Position numbers and translations under genes: made by a program. A DNA stretch of 60,000 nucleotides, from NCBI GenBank assembly GCA_038087875.1, contig CM075988.1, forward strand, positions 12,154,001 to 12,214,000. The letters are read 5' to 3'. The first letter of the stretch is position 1. Each line of letters starts with the position of its first letter. The notes below the pieces were generated by a model that was not told where the DNA came from, made no database searches, and saw only the letters and a list, made by a program, of their open reading frames with translations. Of this stretch, positions 11,890 to 24,475 are shown in pieces. This DNA is from Malacoraja senta (lineage: Eukaryota).

Positions 11890-12915
11890 TGAATGAATGA
11901 ATGAATAAGTTTATTGGCTAAGTATTCTCATACAAGGAATTTGCCTTGGTGCTCCGCCCGCAAGTGACAGCATGACATACAGTGACAGTTAGGAATGACA
12001 CATAAAACATTAAACATTAATAATAAAACATTATCGATCAAACATGTGAAGTAAATAAAATACCAGAGCAAAAGGAGGCTACAGATTTTTGGTTATTGAG
12101 TGGAGCTACTACTCATGGAAAAAAGCTGTTTTTATGTCTGGCTGTGGCAGCTTTGACAGCCCAGAGTCGCTTCCAGAGGGAAGTGATTCAAAGAGTTTGT
12201 GGTCAGGGTGAGAGGGGTCAGAGATCACCTTACCCACTCGCTTCCTGGCCCTTGCAGTGTTCAGTTTGTCAATGGAGGGAAGGTTGCAGCCAATAACCTT
12301 CTCAGCTGATCGGACGATTCGCTGCAGCCTCCGGGTGTCGTGCTTGGTGGCTGAGCCAATCCAGACCATGATGGAGAATGTGAGAACAGACTCTACGATG
12401 GCCGTGTAGAATTGGACCATCATTGCCTGTGGCAGATTGTGCTTCCTCAGGTGCCGCAGGAAGTACATCCTCTGTTGTGCCTTTTTGACTGTGGAGTCGA
12501 TGGTAGCCACCCATTTAAGGTCCTTGGAGATGATGGTTCCAAGGAACTTAAAAGACTCCACAGATGTGACTGTGGTGTTGTTGATGGTGAGTGGGGTGAG
12601 TGGAGGGGGAGCTCTCCTGAAGTTTACAATCAATTCCACCGTCTTATGAGCATTGAGCTCCAGGTTGTTGCGATGGCACCAGCTGTGTCACTTCCTGTCT
12701 GTAGGCAGTTTCCTCCCCATCCTGGATCAGTCCAATCAGGGTTATGTTGTCCGCAAACTTGAGAAGCTTGACAGAGGAGTCAGTGGAGGTGCAGTCATTG
12801 GTGTAGAGAGAATAGAGGAGAGGGGAGAGTACGCTGCCTTGCGGTGCTCCTATGCTGAGGGTTTGCGGGTCCGAGATGTGCTTTTCCAGCCTCACATGCT
12901 GCTTCCTGTCTGTCA
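11890..12915 (-). mobile_element. Rex1/Babar-clade LINE, 5'-truncated, frameshifted RT
   Basis: ORFs 12644-12982 (GAPQGSVLSPLLYSLYTNDC...KFADN) and 12109-12639 (FKFLG...KKAQQRMYFLR); (tgaa)n tail; sits within older L2-like sequence. Confidence 0.85.
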
Positions 12916-13277
12916 TATGTGGCTGGTTTCCAATCTCCCACCCTCTGTAAGCTCTTTCAAAACCTCTCACCCTAACTCTCACAGTCTCATTTACCCATCA
13001 AAGCATATGTTTGCTTCTAGCTAAGCAACTGTTCACATTTCAAATCCTCATGCTAGTATATAAATTCCAACAGGGCTTTGACCCTCTATTGCACTGTCAC
13101 CTCTCTACCTGCAATCAAGCACAAGATTTTCACATTACCAGTTCAGGCGTCTGTTAGGTTTCGACAGCAAAATTGCTTCAATATCAGTTGTCAAAGGCCC
13201 TGAGCTTCAGAATTTTCTCACTGCATTTGCCACAGTTTTTTTCCTCTTAAAGTAACCAAATAGGCCTTGAACATTGC

Positions 13278-13668
13278 TAGGAGCACAGGAGCTTGAGTGG
13301 TGATCTTATGGAGATGTATGTGATCATGAGGGGAATAGATAAGGTAGATGCAGGGAGTCTTTTTCCCGCAGCAAGGGAAGCAAGAAGCGGAGGACATAGG
13401 TCAAAGGTGAGAGGGGAAATATTTAATAGGAACCTGAGTGGTAACCTTTTCACACAGAGGGTGATGGGTACATGGAACGAGCTGCCAGAGGGGGTACATG
13501 AGGCAGGTACTATAACAACATTTATGAGACATTCAGATATGGATAGAAAAAGTTTAGAGGGATATGGGCCAAACACGAGCAGGTGGGACCAGTGCAGATG
13601 GTGCATCTTTGTCAGCATGGACATATAGGCCCGATGGGCCTTGTTCCATGCTGTATGATTCTCTGACT
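13278..13668 (+). mobile_element. CR1 LINE 3' fragment
   Basis: ORF 13293-13628 GDLMEMYVIMRGIDKVD...FTQRVMGTWNELP is homologous to the C-terminus of the 48626-50605 RT. Confidence 0.9.
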
Positions 13669-14135
13669 CTACCTAAACACTGACAAAGGGTTTGCATCCA
13701 CAATTTCCCACCATTACAGTTAGAAGATGCAGAGATCAGTGAGGGAGAGGGAGGTGTTTGAAGGCAGGGAAAAAACAATAATGGGCAGAGAGAGTGTGAC
13801 GAGGAGGAGATTCTGGTGAGGGGATGGGTAGGAGGGGTGGAAATGTTCAGGGTGTTAGCTTATATCGTGAAGGTGATGGGGAAGGAGATGACTCGGGAGA
13901 TCTGTGGTTATTGGAAGATTTCTATTATTTATGAAAATTTGTAAAAGAAAAAATTGAACAGCAAATATCATAAAAGAAGATGGAAGCCTCAGATGACTCA
14001 GTGTGGTTGGGCTCTTCAACTGATTGAAGCCAACCTCAACTCCCCAGCTGGAAACAGATTCAGTGTTCAGTGCCACCAATGTCCACAACAGCAGCATACA
14101 CTGATGTCAGATTGCATGCCCATCCATCTCCTTGC

Positions 14136-14300
14136 ACCATTCGCAATGTTTAAGAAACATTTAGACAGGTACATGGATACGACAGGTTTAGAAGTATAAG
14201 GGCCAAATGCAGGCAGATGGGACTAGTGTGGATGGGACATGTTTGTCAGTGTGGGCAAGTTGGGCCGAAGGGCCTGTTTCCACACTATATGACTCTATGG
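14136..14300 (+). mobile_element. CR1 LINE 3' end
   Basis: tttaagaaacatttagacaggtacatggat...ggccgaagggcctgtttcc...gactctatg. Confidence 0.8.
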
Positions 14301-14662
14301 CCATGACTACATGATCCAACAGCATGGATGATGTAGCCTGAGGAGTGTGAGCAGGTTGTGTTGTTGCTGCCCAAGGTCAGTGCCATGAGTTTGATCCTGC
14401 CCTGGGGTGCTGTCTTTCTGGAGTTTGCACATTTCCTCTGTGGTCCAGTGGGTTTTCAAGCTCCATTTTCCTCTCACAAGTGAAAGAAGTGCAGGTACAT
14501 TAATGGGGCCACCGTAAAATCTCTGCATGCAGCCGGAAGACAGGAGAATTTAGGAAGTTGGGCGGTGGTAGGGTGGGGATTGGTGTTTGTTAATGGACAA
14601 GAAAAAGGAAATAGGTTCCTTGGAAATAAATGAGGGGAACAAAGATATGGATTGAGGGAGCA

Positions 14663-14758
14663 GTCTGAAGAAGATTCCCGACCCAAAATATCACCTGTCC
14701 ACGTTCTCCAAAGATTCTGCCTGACCCGCTGAGTTACCCCAACACTTTGTGTCTTCGT
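14663..14758 (+). mobile_element. Penelope-derived short element with about 11-bp TSD
   Basis: gtctgaagaag...gacccaaaatatcacc...; flanks ttgagggagca and ttgagggaaca. Confidence 0.75.
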
Positions 14759-14867
14759 TTGAGGGAACAAAACTGATGGGAATACTTTGGGAGCTAGCAT
14801 TTTTTAGTTTAGTTTATTGAGTTACAGTCAAAAACTTTTGTTACGTGTTAAACAGTCAGCAGAAAGA

Positions 14868-15068
14868 CAGAAGGCTGTGGAGGCCAAGTCAGTGGATGTA
14901 TTGAAGGCAGAGATAGATAGATTCTTGATTAGTACGGGTGTCAGAGGTTATGGGAGAAGGCAGGAGAATGGGATTAGGAGGGAGAGGTAGATCAGCCACG
15001 ATTGAATGGCAGAGTAGACTTGATGGGCCGAATGGCCTAATTCTGCTCCTATCACTTATGATCGTATG
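14868..15068 (+). mobile_element. CR1/HER1 LINE 3' end
   Basis: cagaaggctgtggaggccaagtcagtggat...ggccgaatggcctaattctgctcc. Confidence 0.85.
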
Positions 15069-16611
15069 AAATTAGAACCGACAGGAGTAATAATTGAAAC
15101 CTATTTGTTTCTGTTCCTATCAATTGGGATCTTATGACAATATTTGTCTAATATACACGTCTGATGTCAGCATATGCCTGATAGGCTAAAAGGCCATCCA
15201 TATTGGAAGGACATGTGGACAAATCCAAAAGTAAATGTTGGTGTTTGTTTGAACTCTGCTGTACAATGAATGAAAAGGTGATAGAAATTCCAAGCCACCT
15301 TTGTGCAATTGTGGAGAAGTTCATATGAAACCTTGCTCGTCCTCCTTCAGTTCAGCCCTCTTTAGGACACGTTCATATTCCAGAATTCTTGCATAAGGTT
15401 CCCTGAAGTAATGGAGCTGCATTGAACACGACGCACTGTTTATTTTTAGTACATCCATTGAACGTCTGTGCTAACCTTTAACATCAGCAAAAAGCTTTGT
15501 TCTCCTTGCAACTTTGACAATTGGTGTTTAGTGTATAAATAGCAAATTAATAACTCTCAGGATGTGCAATAACATGCAGAAGCAAATGAAGTTGTGCTCC
15601 CTAAAGCAAGAGACATTTTTGTAATTAGTAAACAGAAGTTATAAATACCACAATGTAACAGTGATGCAGCAGCTAGGTTGCATTTATCCTCCTATTCTAA
15701 TAGTGGTTAAGCTTGATGTTAACTTTTTTGTGGGAATTGCCTACTTTATTATACATGAAAGCTGCAGGTGATAAGTTCTAATCGCGTAAAATAAGTCATA
15801 TCTTCTTCCATTGCGTCATTAATAGGTAAATTTCATTTCTCTGTTAATGTAATTGCTTCCCGCCTGCAAGAAATTAGGGGAAGAGAGCTAATGGTCATAA
15901 GCGCTCTGCACTTTTTAATGTCTCCTGGTTTCCCTTAGGCTCTATTGCCTAAAATATAGCCAAATTAACGTGAATGTGTATTTGATGAGAAGAAAAGGGA
16001 TGCAGTGCAGTAACTAGGACAGGGGTTGAATTTAGTGCAAAAAGTGTGTCAGCTGCTCTGGTCATAGCAAGGTCTCACAAGCAGCAAGGACTTTAATCTT
16101 GTCTTGGTCGATCAGTTTAGTTTACTGTCACGTGTACCGAGGTACAGAAAAAAGCTTTTGTTGCACGCTATCCAGTCAATAGAAAGACAGTACATGATTA
16201 CAATCGGGCCATTTGCAGTGTATACTGTAGATACATGATAAGGGAATAACAATTAATGCCAGGTAAAGCTAGCAAAGTCCAATCAAGGATAGTCCGAGGT
16301 GGAATTGGCCAGGGGACTTTTTCTGGCATGACCTGCTGAATTACTCCGTGTTTTGTGAACCAGCATCCGCAGTTCCTTGCATCTTTCTTTCTCTCTCTCT
16401 CTAGAAATTTTTATGTCCAATTTAGCAGCAGACGAGGGCCAAGTTTCTTGTGTTTCCATTAACAATTGCAGTTAAGAATTTGGGATATGCTGCCTGCCTC
16501 GTTAATTCCTTCCTCACGGAACAACTGAGCTCTCAGCTTCCATACCAGGCTTCAATACCAGGGGGCATGTCATGTTTCTCACTTGTGTAACAGCCTTTTA
16601 GCGGCAGGGGA

Positions 16612-16880
16612 TTTGAGCGAGTGGAGCCATTGCCTCAGTTGGCAGTGACGTGGGTTCAATCCCGACATCATTGCTGTTGGTGTGATGTTTGCACGTTCCC
16701 CCCGTGAGCACTGGATACTGTGGTTTCCTCCCATATGCTAAAGACATTAGGATGATCGGACAGTTGGTTACTGTAAATTGTCTCAAATGTGTAGATGAGT
16801 GGTAGACTTGGGGGGGGGGGGGGGGGGGGGAGTGTGGACTCGGTTGGCCAAAGAGCCTGCTTCCCTCTGCTGTTACTCCA
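16612..16880 (+). mobile_element. HE1-type SINE (degraded, internal poly-G)
   Basis: gggttcaatcc B-box, gtttgcacgttcccc, ggtttcctccca, ggactcggttggcc. Confidence 0.7.
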
Positions 16881-17924
16881 AAACCACCCATTCCTCAAAA
16901 CAGACATCTGTAGTCAAGCTCAGAACAACTGCACATTCTACAAGTCAACAGAGGTGAATTTTGTAGGCCTTTAATGCACTTCACTGCGGCATCTGTTTAG
17001 TACTAAAAACATGCTTTTCTGGCCTCCCCTCCTTGCAAACCATTAACTCACCTCCAACCACCCCAATCTCCATCAGGCCGATGAAGTTATCACTTCCAAA
17101 ATTGTGCAATCATTTCCTCCTGCCCCATTGAAGTGACTGCAATCGCATTTCCATCCTGTCAGTGCACTGACACATTCTTGTCAAAGGGCGAGGGATGATT
17201 TTTTTTATCCCTGTGACTGTCATTGTATCTTTTTTATTCCTGACCTCAGCAGTCACACAAAATATCTTCCTTCTGAAGTGAAATATCAGCCATGGATCTT
17301 ATTGAATGTCAGAGGAGGCATTAAGAATTGAATGGCCTCCCGTTCTATTTCTTATCGTCTACTAAAGCCCTTTGTTATCCAGCTTTTCGTAACCACCTTT
17401 CCTTAATGCTGCTCATCCAGCTACAGCTAGGGGACCTCTTTATTTCTATGTTGTAACTTCTGGATCTTGGAGGATTATCATTGATATTTTCCTCTTTACC
17501 AACACGTACCATATGGTGAAATTGTGCACAGGCATTACGTGACACCCAATCAACCTTTCCACATCAAGACTGGTCTCATCTGACCCAAGGCACTCCTTTC
17601 AAATGAACCTGGGGAATGCAGATACTGTTTTTTCAATCTGTGCTGCATATTCATTTCCAACTCCAGTTCTTCTCTTTTAGATTGAACTACATTACTGGAA
17701 GCCCTGGAGTCTACATTGATTTAGAGCTGCATACCTTCACCTAGTAAACAACACTTCCCCAGCCGCTTCAGTCCGTCTGTTGCACAGACTCTCCAAACTT
17801 AACTCTTTCATTTGTTATTCCTCTATTGAAGATGCTCATCATTTTACAAATCACACTCTGTGGCCAATTGCTTTGTCCAGATATTATTTTCACTCCTCGT
17901 CCCATTTTATGATTTATACTATAG

Positions 17925-18143
17925 ATAAAGACACAAAAAGCTGGAGTAACTAAACGGGACAGGCAGCATCTCTGGAGAGAAGGAATGGGTGACGTTTGGG
18001 GTCGAGACCCGTCTGAAGAAGGGTCGAGACCCGAAACATCACCCATTCCCTCTCTCCAGAGATGCTGCCTGTTCCGCTGAGTTACTCCAGCTTTTTGTGC
18101 CTCTCTTCGGTTTAAACCAGCATCTGCAGTTCCTTCCTACACA
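17925..18143. mobile_element. Inverted dimer of the Penelope-derived short element with hammerhead-like core
   Basis: The 17930-18010 arm is the reverse complement of 18021-18100; CTGAAGA-A-GGGTCGAGACCC-GAAACATC at 18013-18040. Confidence 0.85.
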
Positions 18144-18377
18144 TTATAATTTACAGTATATTGTCAGGTCTATTTGTTTAAATATTTTGTGGTATTAATT
18201 TAAGCTGCTGATGCCATATCTGGCCCAGACTGTACTGTCTCCCCGGCAGCTTCCAGTCCCAGCTGTTGATGCCTCCCCTGGCCTGCACTGCCACCCCCAG
18301 TACCTTCCACGCTGGTCCTACTGCCGCCACCGTGGGCCCATACTGCTTCCTCAGATTCCTTAGCTGCAGACCGTGCA

Positions 18378-18512
18378 TCTGAAGAAGGGTCATGACCCAA
18401 AACATCACCCATCCATGTTCTCCAGCGATGCGCCCAGACCTGCTGAGATACTCCAGCACTTTGTTTCCTTTTGTGTATCAACCAACACCTGCAGTTCTTT
18501 GTTTCTACCACA
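18378..18512 (+). mobile_element. Penelope-derived short element
   Basis: tctgaagaagggtcatgacccaaaacatcacc...cacctgcagttc. Confidence 0.75.
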
Positions 18513-18514
18513 TA

Positions 18515-18598
18515 ATCCCTGACTTGGTTATAGTGGACTATTGGCAATAACGGACACCACCCCTCCTCCCTATGGTCTGTTATAATGAGGGTTTACTG
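18515..18598. mobile_element. Right end of a Tigger/pogo-like DNA transposon
   Basis: tctgttataatgagggtttactg followed by TA resembles a reversed CAGTAAACCCTCGTTATAAC-type TIR; no left TIR seen. Confidence 0.45.
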
Positions 18599-18971
18599 TA
18601 CATAGCATCATAATACATTTTCCAGTGAGTGGGGTGAATTTTAACATAGTGAGGGAAATGTGACTCACTGAGTTCACAGGTAGCAAAGGAAACTGATCCC
18701 CAGTGGATTTAAATGGAATGTAAAACATGGGGCCACGATGAGTTTAACGTGAAGGATGGACACAGGCCCCAATGGGTTTAAAGGACATTCAGTGAGTCCG
18801 ATGCTGACCTGATCTGAAACATTGCCTGCCCATTCCTGCCACGGGTGCTGCCTGAGCTACTCCAGCACTTTGTGTTTTACTCAAGAATCCAGAGTCTACA
18901 ATTCCTTGTGCCGTAATATTTCAAGATAATCTGATAGAGGAATATTAGAGTTACTGTAAATAAGTAAATAA

Positions 18972-19562
18972 TAAGGAAGTTTATTGGCCAAGTATTCACA
19001 TACAAGGAATTTGCCTTGGTGCTCCGCCCACAAGTAACAACATGACATACAGTGACAGTTACGAATGACTCAGAAAACACTAAACATTAATAATAATAAA
19101 ACACTAATGATAAAACACCATTGATCAAGCATGTGAACCAACAAAATACCAGATCAAAGGGGGGCTACGGATTTTTGGCTGTTGAGTAGAGCAACTACTC
19201 GTGGATAAAAACTGTTTTTATGTCTGGCTGTGGCAGCTTTGACAGTCCGGAGTCGCCTTCCAGAGGGAAGTGATTCAAAGAGTTTGTGGCCAGGGTGAGA
19301 GGGGTCAGAGATGATCTTGCCCGCTCGCTTCCTGACCCTTGCAGTGTACTGTTCATCAATGGAGGGAAGGTTGCAGCCAATAACCTTCTCTGCTGATCGG
19401 ACGATTCGCTGCAGCCTCCAGGTGTCATGGTGGCTGAGCCAAAGCAGACCATGATGGAGAAGGTGAGAACAGACTCTCCGATGGCCGTGTAGAATTAGAC
19501 CATCATTGCCTGTGGCAGATTGTGCTTCCTCAGCTGCCGTAGGAAGTACATCCTCTGCTGCC
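18972..19562 (-). mobile_element. Rex1/Babar-clade LINE 3' fragment (same family as 11890-12915)
   Basis: ORF 19154-19573 contains RLQRIVRSAEKVIGCNLPSIDE...SHPGHKLFESLPSGRR; nucleotide sequence nearly collinear with 11908-12478. Confidence 0.9.
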
Positions 19563-20264
19563 CTACTGCCCAATATCGTTGTCCTGAGATTGATTTAATT
19601 CTTCTCCCCATTTCCTTATTTATAATTTTGCTTGAAATCCCACCACAGTGATCTCTTGTCGCAGCGTTTCCTAAATGTCTTACAAACTCTTCTATAATCC
19701 ATTTCAGTTGTACATCTCCCCATATTTGCTAAACGTGCCTCTAACTGTTGCATCCCACGAGATTGAATTACTTTCACAACTATTTTTTCCCCTCATTACT
19801 CCTCCACTAGTCTCCACATGAAAACTTTTCTTGTTGACAAAGCATTTGTCAACCTGCGCACCACCTTCTTTGGATCAGTATCCACTATCTCCTTAATTGC
19901 TTTGCAAGCACTTTGATATATTTTACAATGTTAATTAAGCTAGATAGAAAGATTTCATTTAATGATTGCCTCCTTCAACAATATACACTGGAGGTTCTTC
20001 ATGTTTCCTGGAGAGTATCTTGAGCACACAAGTCTCTGACCCATTTTTTAATGGCACTAATTTTACTTTAAGAGACTGTGGGGAGGAACTAATCACATTG
20101 TGCTCTAATGAATGTCCTTTGATTTAATATTTTTTTACCTCTTCGATGTTTCATAGTGCACGGCTCATAGTCTTATATTTATAGCTTAATTTTAAATTAA
20201 ATTAATTGTGTTGGACTGGAAATTCTGGTACTTTGTCTGGCATTCTCTGTGATAAAATAGTCTG

Positions 20265-21133
20265 GTTTAGTTTATTATTGTCACGTGTACCAAGGCACAA
20301 TGAAAAGCTTATCTTTGTTTGCTATCCAGTCAGAGAAACGACTCTACACAAATGTAATCAAGCTGTCCACCGTGCACAGATGAAGGATAACCTGTACAAC
20401 ATTTAGTGCAAAGATATACAGTAACATTGAATTCCGATAAAGTCATGATTAAACATGGTTTAAAGGTCTCCATTGAGGTAGATGGGAGGTCAGGACAGCA
20501 CTCTAGCTGATGAGAAGACTGTTCAGTTGGCCGGTAACAGCTGGGAAGAAAGTGTTCCTGAATCTGGAGGTGTTTTCCAACTTCTATACCTTTGCCTGAT
20601 GGGAGAGGGCAGAAGAGGGAGTGACTGGGTTGAGACTTGTCCCTGATTGTGCTGGCAGCCTTGCCAAGGTAGCATGATGTTTAGATGGAGTCCATGGAAG
20701 AGAGGCTGGCTTGTGTGATGGTCTGGGCTACGTCTGCTAATCTGCAATTTCTTGCGGTCTTGGATGGAGTTATTCCCAAATCAAGATGTGATGCATCCTG
20801 ATAAGATGCTTTCTACGCCACATGTATATAAGTTGGTGAGCGTTTCTTGGGACATGCCAAACTTCCTAAAGTGCCTGTCCCACTAGGCAATTTTTTTTGG
20901 CGACTGCCGGCATCATTGACTGACGTATCAGGTCACCAAAAATTTGTGGCGTGATGACGTATATTGACGTGCGGTGTTTTTTCAAGTGTCGCAACATTTT
21001 TTTAGTCGCTGCTGGATTTTGAAATGTTCACAATCTTTTGGCAACCCTGATATGACGCCGGCAGTCGCCGAAAAAAATCACCAAGCGGGACAGGCCCTTA
21101 AGTCTTCCAAGGAAGTAGAGGTGTTGGTGTGCT
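20265..21133 (-). mobile_element. Rex1/Babar-like LINE 3' fragment, host of a MITE
   Basis: gtttagtttattattgtcacgtgtacc tail, then RT C-terminal-coding sequence that resumes after the MITE. Confidence 0.75.
20870..21098. mobile_element. PIF/Harbinger-type MITE
   Basis: About 47-bp imperfect TIRs (agtgcctgtcccactaggcaattttttttggcgactgccggcatcat / atgacgccggcagtcgccgaaaaaaatcaccaagcgggacaggccct); TAA TSD at 20867-20869 and 21099-21101. Confidence 0.85.
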
Positions 21134-21447
21134 CAGAAACTAGAGTGGGTGTACAATTTACTGAAATCTGAATTACTTACTAAACCTTATTCCGTTTTCC
21201 ATGAAGGCAGAAAGTAAAAGATGCAGAATTCTGATCCTGAGGGACACAGATTGTTTATTGAATCATTATTAAACTCTCTGACCTTGAAATTCAAGGTGTT
21301 ACATTCTATTTGCAACACTGATTGCTAGGAAATTGAGTTATGTTTTTAAATCTATGAAAGGAACAAGGGTATTACAATTTTATTTAAGATAAATGACTTT
21401 ACTCTTTTGGAATAAAACACATGAACTACTATCTTCCTAAAATTCAA

Positions 21448-21733
21448 GTTTAGTTTAGTTCTGTACCGACCGGCGATCACTGCACATTAACACAAGCCTA
21501 CACACACTGGGGACAGTTTTACACTGATACCAAGTATACAAAGCCAAGCCAATTAACCTATCTGTACATCTTTGGAGTGTGGGAGGAAACCGAAGATCCC
21601 GGAGAAAAGCCCACACGGTCATGGGGAGAACGTGCAAACTCCTTACAGACAGCCTCCCGTCGTCAGGATCGAACCCGGGTCTCCAGCGTGGCAAGTGCTG
21701 TAAGGCAGCAACTCTACCACTGCGCCTCCGTGC
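21448..21733 (-). mobile_element. HE1-type SINE
   Basis: gtttagtttagtt tail; ggatcgaacccggg B-box reversed; gcagcaactctaccactgcgcc head. Confidence 0.9.
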
Positions 21734-22321
21734 CGGCCAGTTATTCACTGTGATGTGGATTATGACAAGCGTTCAGTGATTTCATTTGACCTATTGGATT
21801 TTATAATTAGATTTATAATCAGTTTTATTTAAATATATCATCCAGTTTCCTTGTTTAAGCAATGTTCTTTGCAATGCACTGAGAAAACACAAAATATTTT
21901 ACAGCAGTAAGCCCTTTTAGCTTCTTGGTTTGATCTTTGGTCTCTGTCCGTCTCTTCCCATACATAGAACGTCTATTATTTACAGAATGCACGTGAGTTT
22001 TGGAATATGAGCATCGACCATGGTGCAAGATGAAGTGCCTTCTATTCTAAATTTAGTAACATCAGACAGTGCAGCTATATCTTGGAGACAGTGATCGGCT
22101 CCCTGCAGTTGTGCCAGCCTTCTCACCTCAGTCACTTTTACAACAAACCACAATTCTCTATGCAACTGTCAAGAGGAATGAAACACTAAATGATAGGATG
22201 GGTTGCAAAAAAATAGAGCTTCAACTGTCATGAAAATGAAAGTGGATAGAAATCACAGAGAGCTGGAAAACAAATAGATCAAAAGCTTTGTTTAAATATT
22301 GCATTTGAGAATTTATTTGTC

Positions 22322-22782
22322 AGGGAACAGTTGCTGATAGAGTTGCTGCCTCACAACGCCAGACACCAGGGTTCACTCCTGACTTTGGGTGCTGTCTGTG
22401 TGGAGTTTGTATGTTACCCTGGTGACCACATCATAGGGTCATAGCATGGAAGCAGGCTGTTCGGCCCAACTTGCCCACTTCGGCCAACATGACCCAGCTA
22501 CACTAGTCCCCCCTGCCCGCATTTGGTCCATATCCCTCCAAGCCTGTCCTATCGGTGTACCTGTCTAACTTGTTGCCCCAATGGGTTTCCTCCAGGTGCT
22601 CCGGTTTCCTCTCACATCCCAAAGGGATGCAGGTTTGTAGGTTGATTGCCCTCTGTAAAATTGGCCCTAATCTGTAGGGAATCAAGAATATGAGATAACA
22701 TAAAACTAGTGCAAGGGGGTGAACAATGGTCAACGTAGACTTAGTGGCCCAAAGGGCTTGCTTCCTTGCTGAAACTAAACTA
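22322..22782 (+). mobile_element. HE1-type SINE with an inserted minus-strand CR1 3' end (about 22431-22575)
   Basis: agagttgctgcctcaca...gggttcactcc head; aaactaaactaa tail; internal tcatagggtcatagcatggaa...tacctgtctaac. Confidence 0.8.
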
Positions 22783-22904
22783 AGCCATTCCATGATTTAA
22801 ACAGGGATGAGATACGGAAAGATTGTTAATCAAGGTAGATGGGTGAATTACATTCATATTTGCTTGTACGCTGTATCCCTTAAGCTTCCTTTATTCCTAT
22901 GTCC

Positions 22905-23075
22905 TCCACTGCCTTTGTGGCAATGAATTCCACAGGTTCACCACCCTCTGACTAAATAAATTCCTCCTCATCTCCTTTCTAAAGGTATGTCCTTTTATTC
23001 TGAGGCTATCGCCTGAAGTCTTAGACACTCCCACTAGTGGAAATATCCTCTCCACATACAGTACACTCTATCCAT
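22905..23075 (-). mobile_element. CR1 LINE fragment
   Basis: gaattccacaggttcaccaccctctgactaaa...cccactagtggaaatatcctctccaca. Confidence 0.75.
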
Positions 23076-23496
23076 ACCTTTTATTGAAAGAAATTTTATA
23101 AAATGTGTAGGGCACAAAAAAGAGCTGTTTATTTGGGCATATATTTAACAAACACCTATAAATGACTCCTTAAATGTATCTGCTGTTTGTATGTAAAATC
23201 TATAATGCATTGGCTTCAGAACTCATTGTCATATTTGTGAATGTGAAAGGAATTATGAATAAATGAGAATTCAGACATGCACCATTTTGCTAAATGTGAG
23301 CAGGTTGGATTAGGAAAGAGAAATAGTTCAGTTCATATGAACACTAATTCTTAAGTCCTTTCCATGATTAACCGATAAATACTCAGCTTCCAATATGAAT
23401 GTCATCTCACCAGATTTTATGTGGATTTTGAAAGGACAATTTAATGCAGCAGGAGTTGGAATAAAGCATTTTCAATGTACAGCATTTGACTTGTCA

Positions 23497-23936
23497 ATAG
23501 GTTAAGCTATGATGAGCATTTGTCGGCACTGGGCCTGTACTAGCTGGAGTTTAGAAGAATGAAGGGGGACCTCATTGAAACATATGGAATAGTGAAAGGC
23601 TTGGATAGAGTGAATGTGGAGAGGATGTTTCCACTCAGTGGGTGAGGTCATAGTCACAGAATTTAAGGATGTTCTTTTTGGAAGGAGATGAGGAGAAATG
23701 TCTTTAGTCAGAGGATGGCGAATCTGTGGAATTTTTTGCCACAGAAGGCTGTGGAGGCCGTCAGTGGATATTTTTAAGGCAGAGATAGATAGATTCTTGA
23801 TTCGTATGGGTGTCAGAGGTTATGGGGAGAAGACAGGAGAATGGGGTTAGGAGGGAGAGATAGATCAGCCATGATTGAATAGCAGAGTGGACTTGATGGG
23901 CCGAATGGCCTAATTCTATTCCTATCCCATGTGACC
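23497..23936 (+). mobile_element. CR1/HER1 LINE 3' fragment
   Basis: ctggagtttagaagaatgaagggggacctcattgaaac...cagccatgattgaat. Confidence 0.9.
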
Positions 23937-24417
23937 TCAAGACTGACTGAAAATGATTACTCATCACTGAAGGTACTTCGGCTAAGTTTCATGATATTAT
24001 ATGGGAACACGGATAATGTCATAAAATCTGAGCACAAGCACAACTTTATCACCGTCTTTGGAACAATTTTGTGGGCCACCTTTTACTTTGTTTTTTGCAA
24101 GCTTTTCTTGACCCTCACCACCCAAGCACTCGTTGCTAAATAACTTGAACTTGAATGAGCTAGGTTGTGCTGAACTCTCGCCTGAAGAAGGTTGTGATGA
24201 AATCACAAACCTCGCATGTTAACTCTTTCTTTGTTGCCTATCCTTCTGAATGTTTCCAGCATTTCAGATTTCCAGTATTTGCAGCTTGTTTTTGATTTTC
24301 ATCCACTGAAGTCGATGATTGCAGCTCCAGCCTGCCCATACTCACTTGTTTATAACATTCCATTCCCTTTTTAACTACTTGCTTCCTAAAAGTGTGCTGG
24401 GAAATGTATTAATTAAA

Positions 24418-24475
24418 CACAGACACACACACACAAACTGAGACAGGCACAGAGACACACACAGAGACGCACACA
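24418..24475. repeat. Degenerate (CA)n/(GA)n repeat
   Basis: Direct reading of the sequence. Confidence 0.7.

Noticed and set aside
16810..16830. Poly-G run
   Set aside because: Homopolymer expansion within a SINE, or an assembly artefact
17212..17257. tgtgactg...cagtcaca inverted repeat
   Set aside because: Only 8 bp with a poorly paired interior
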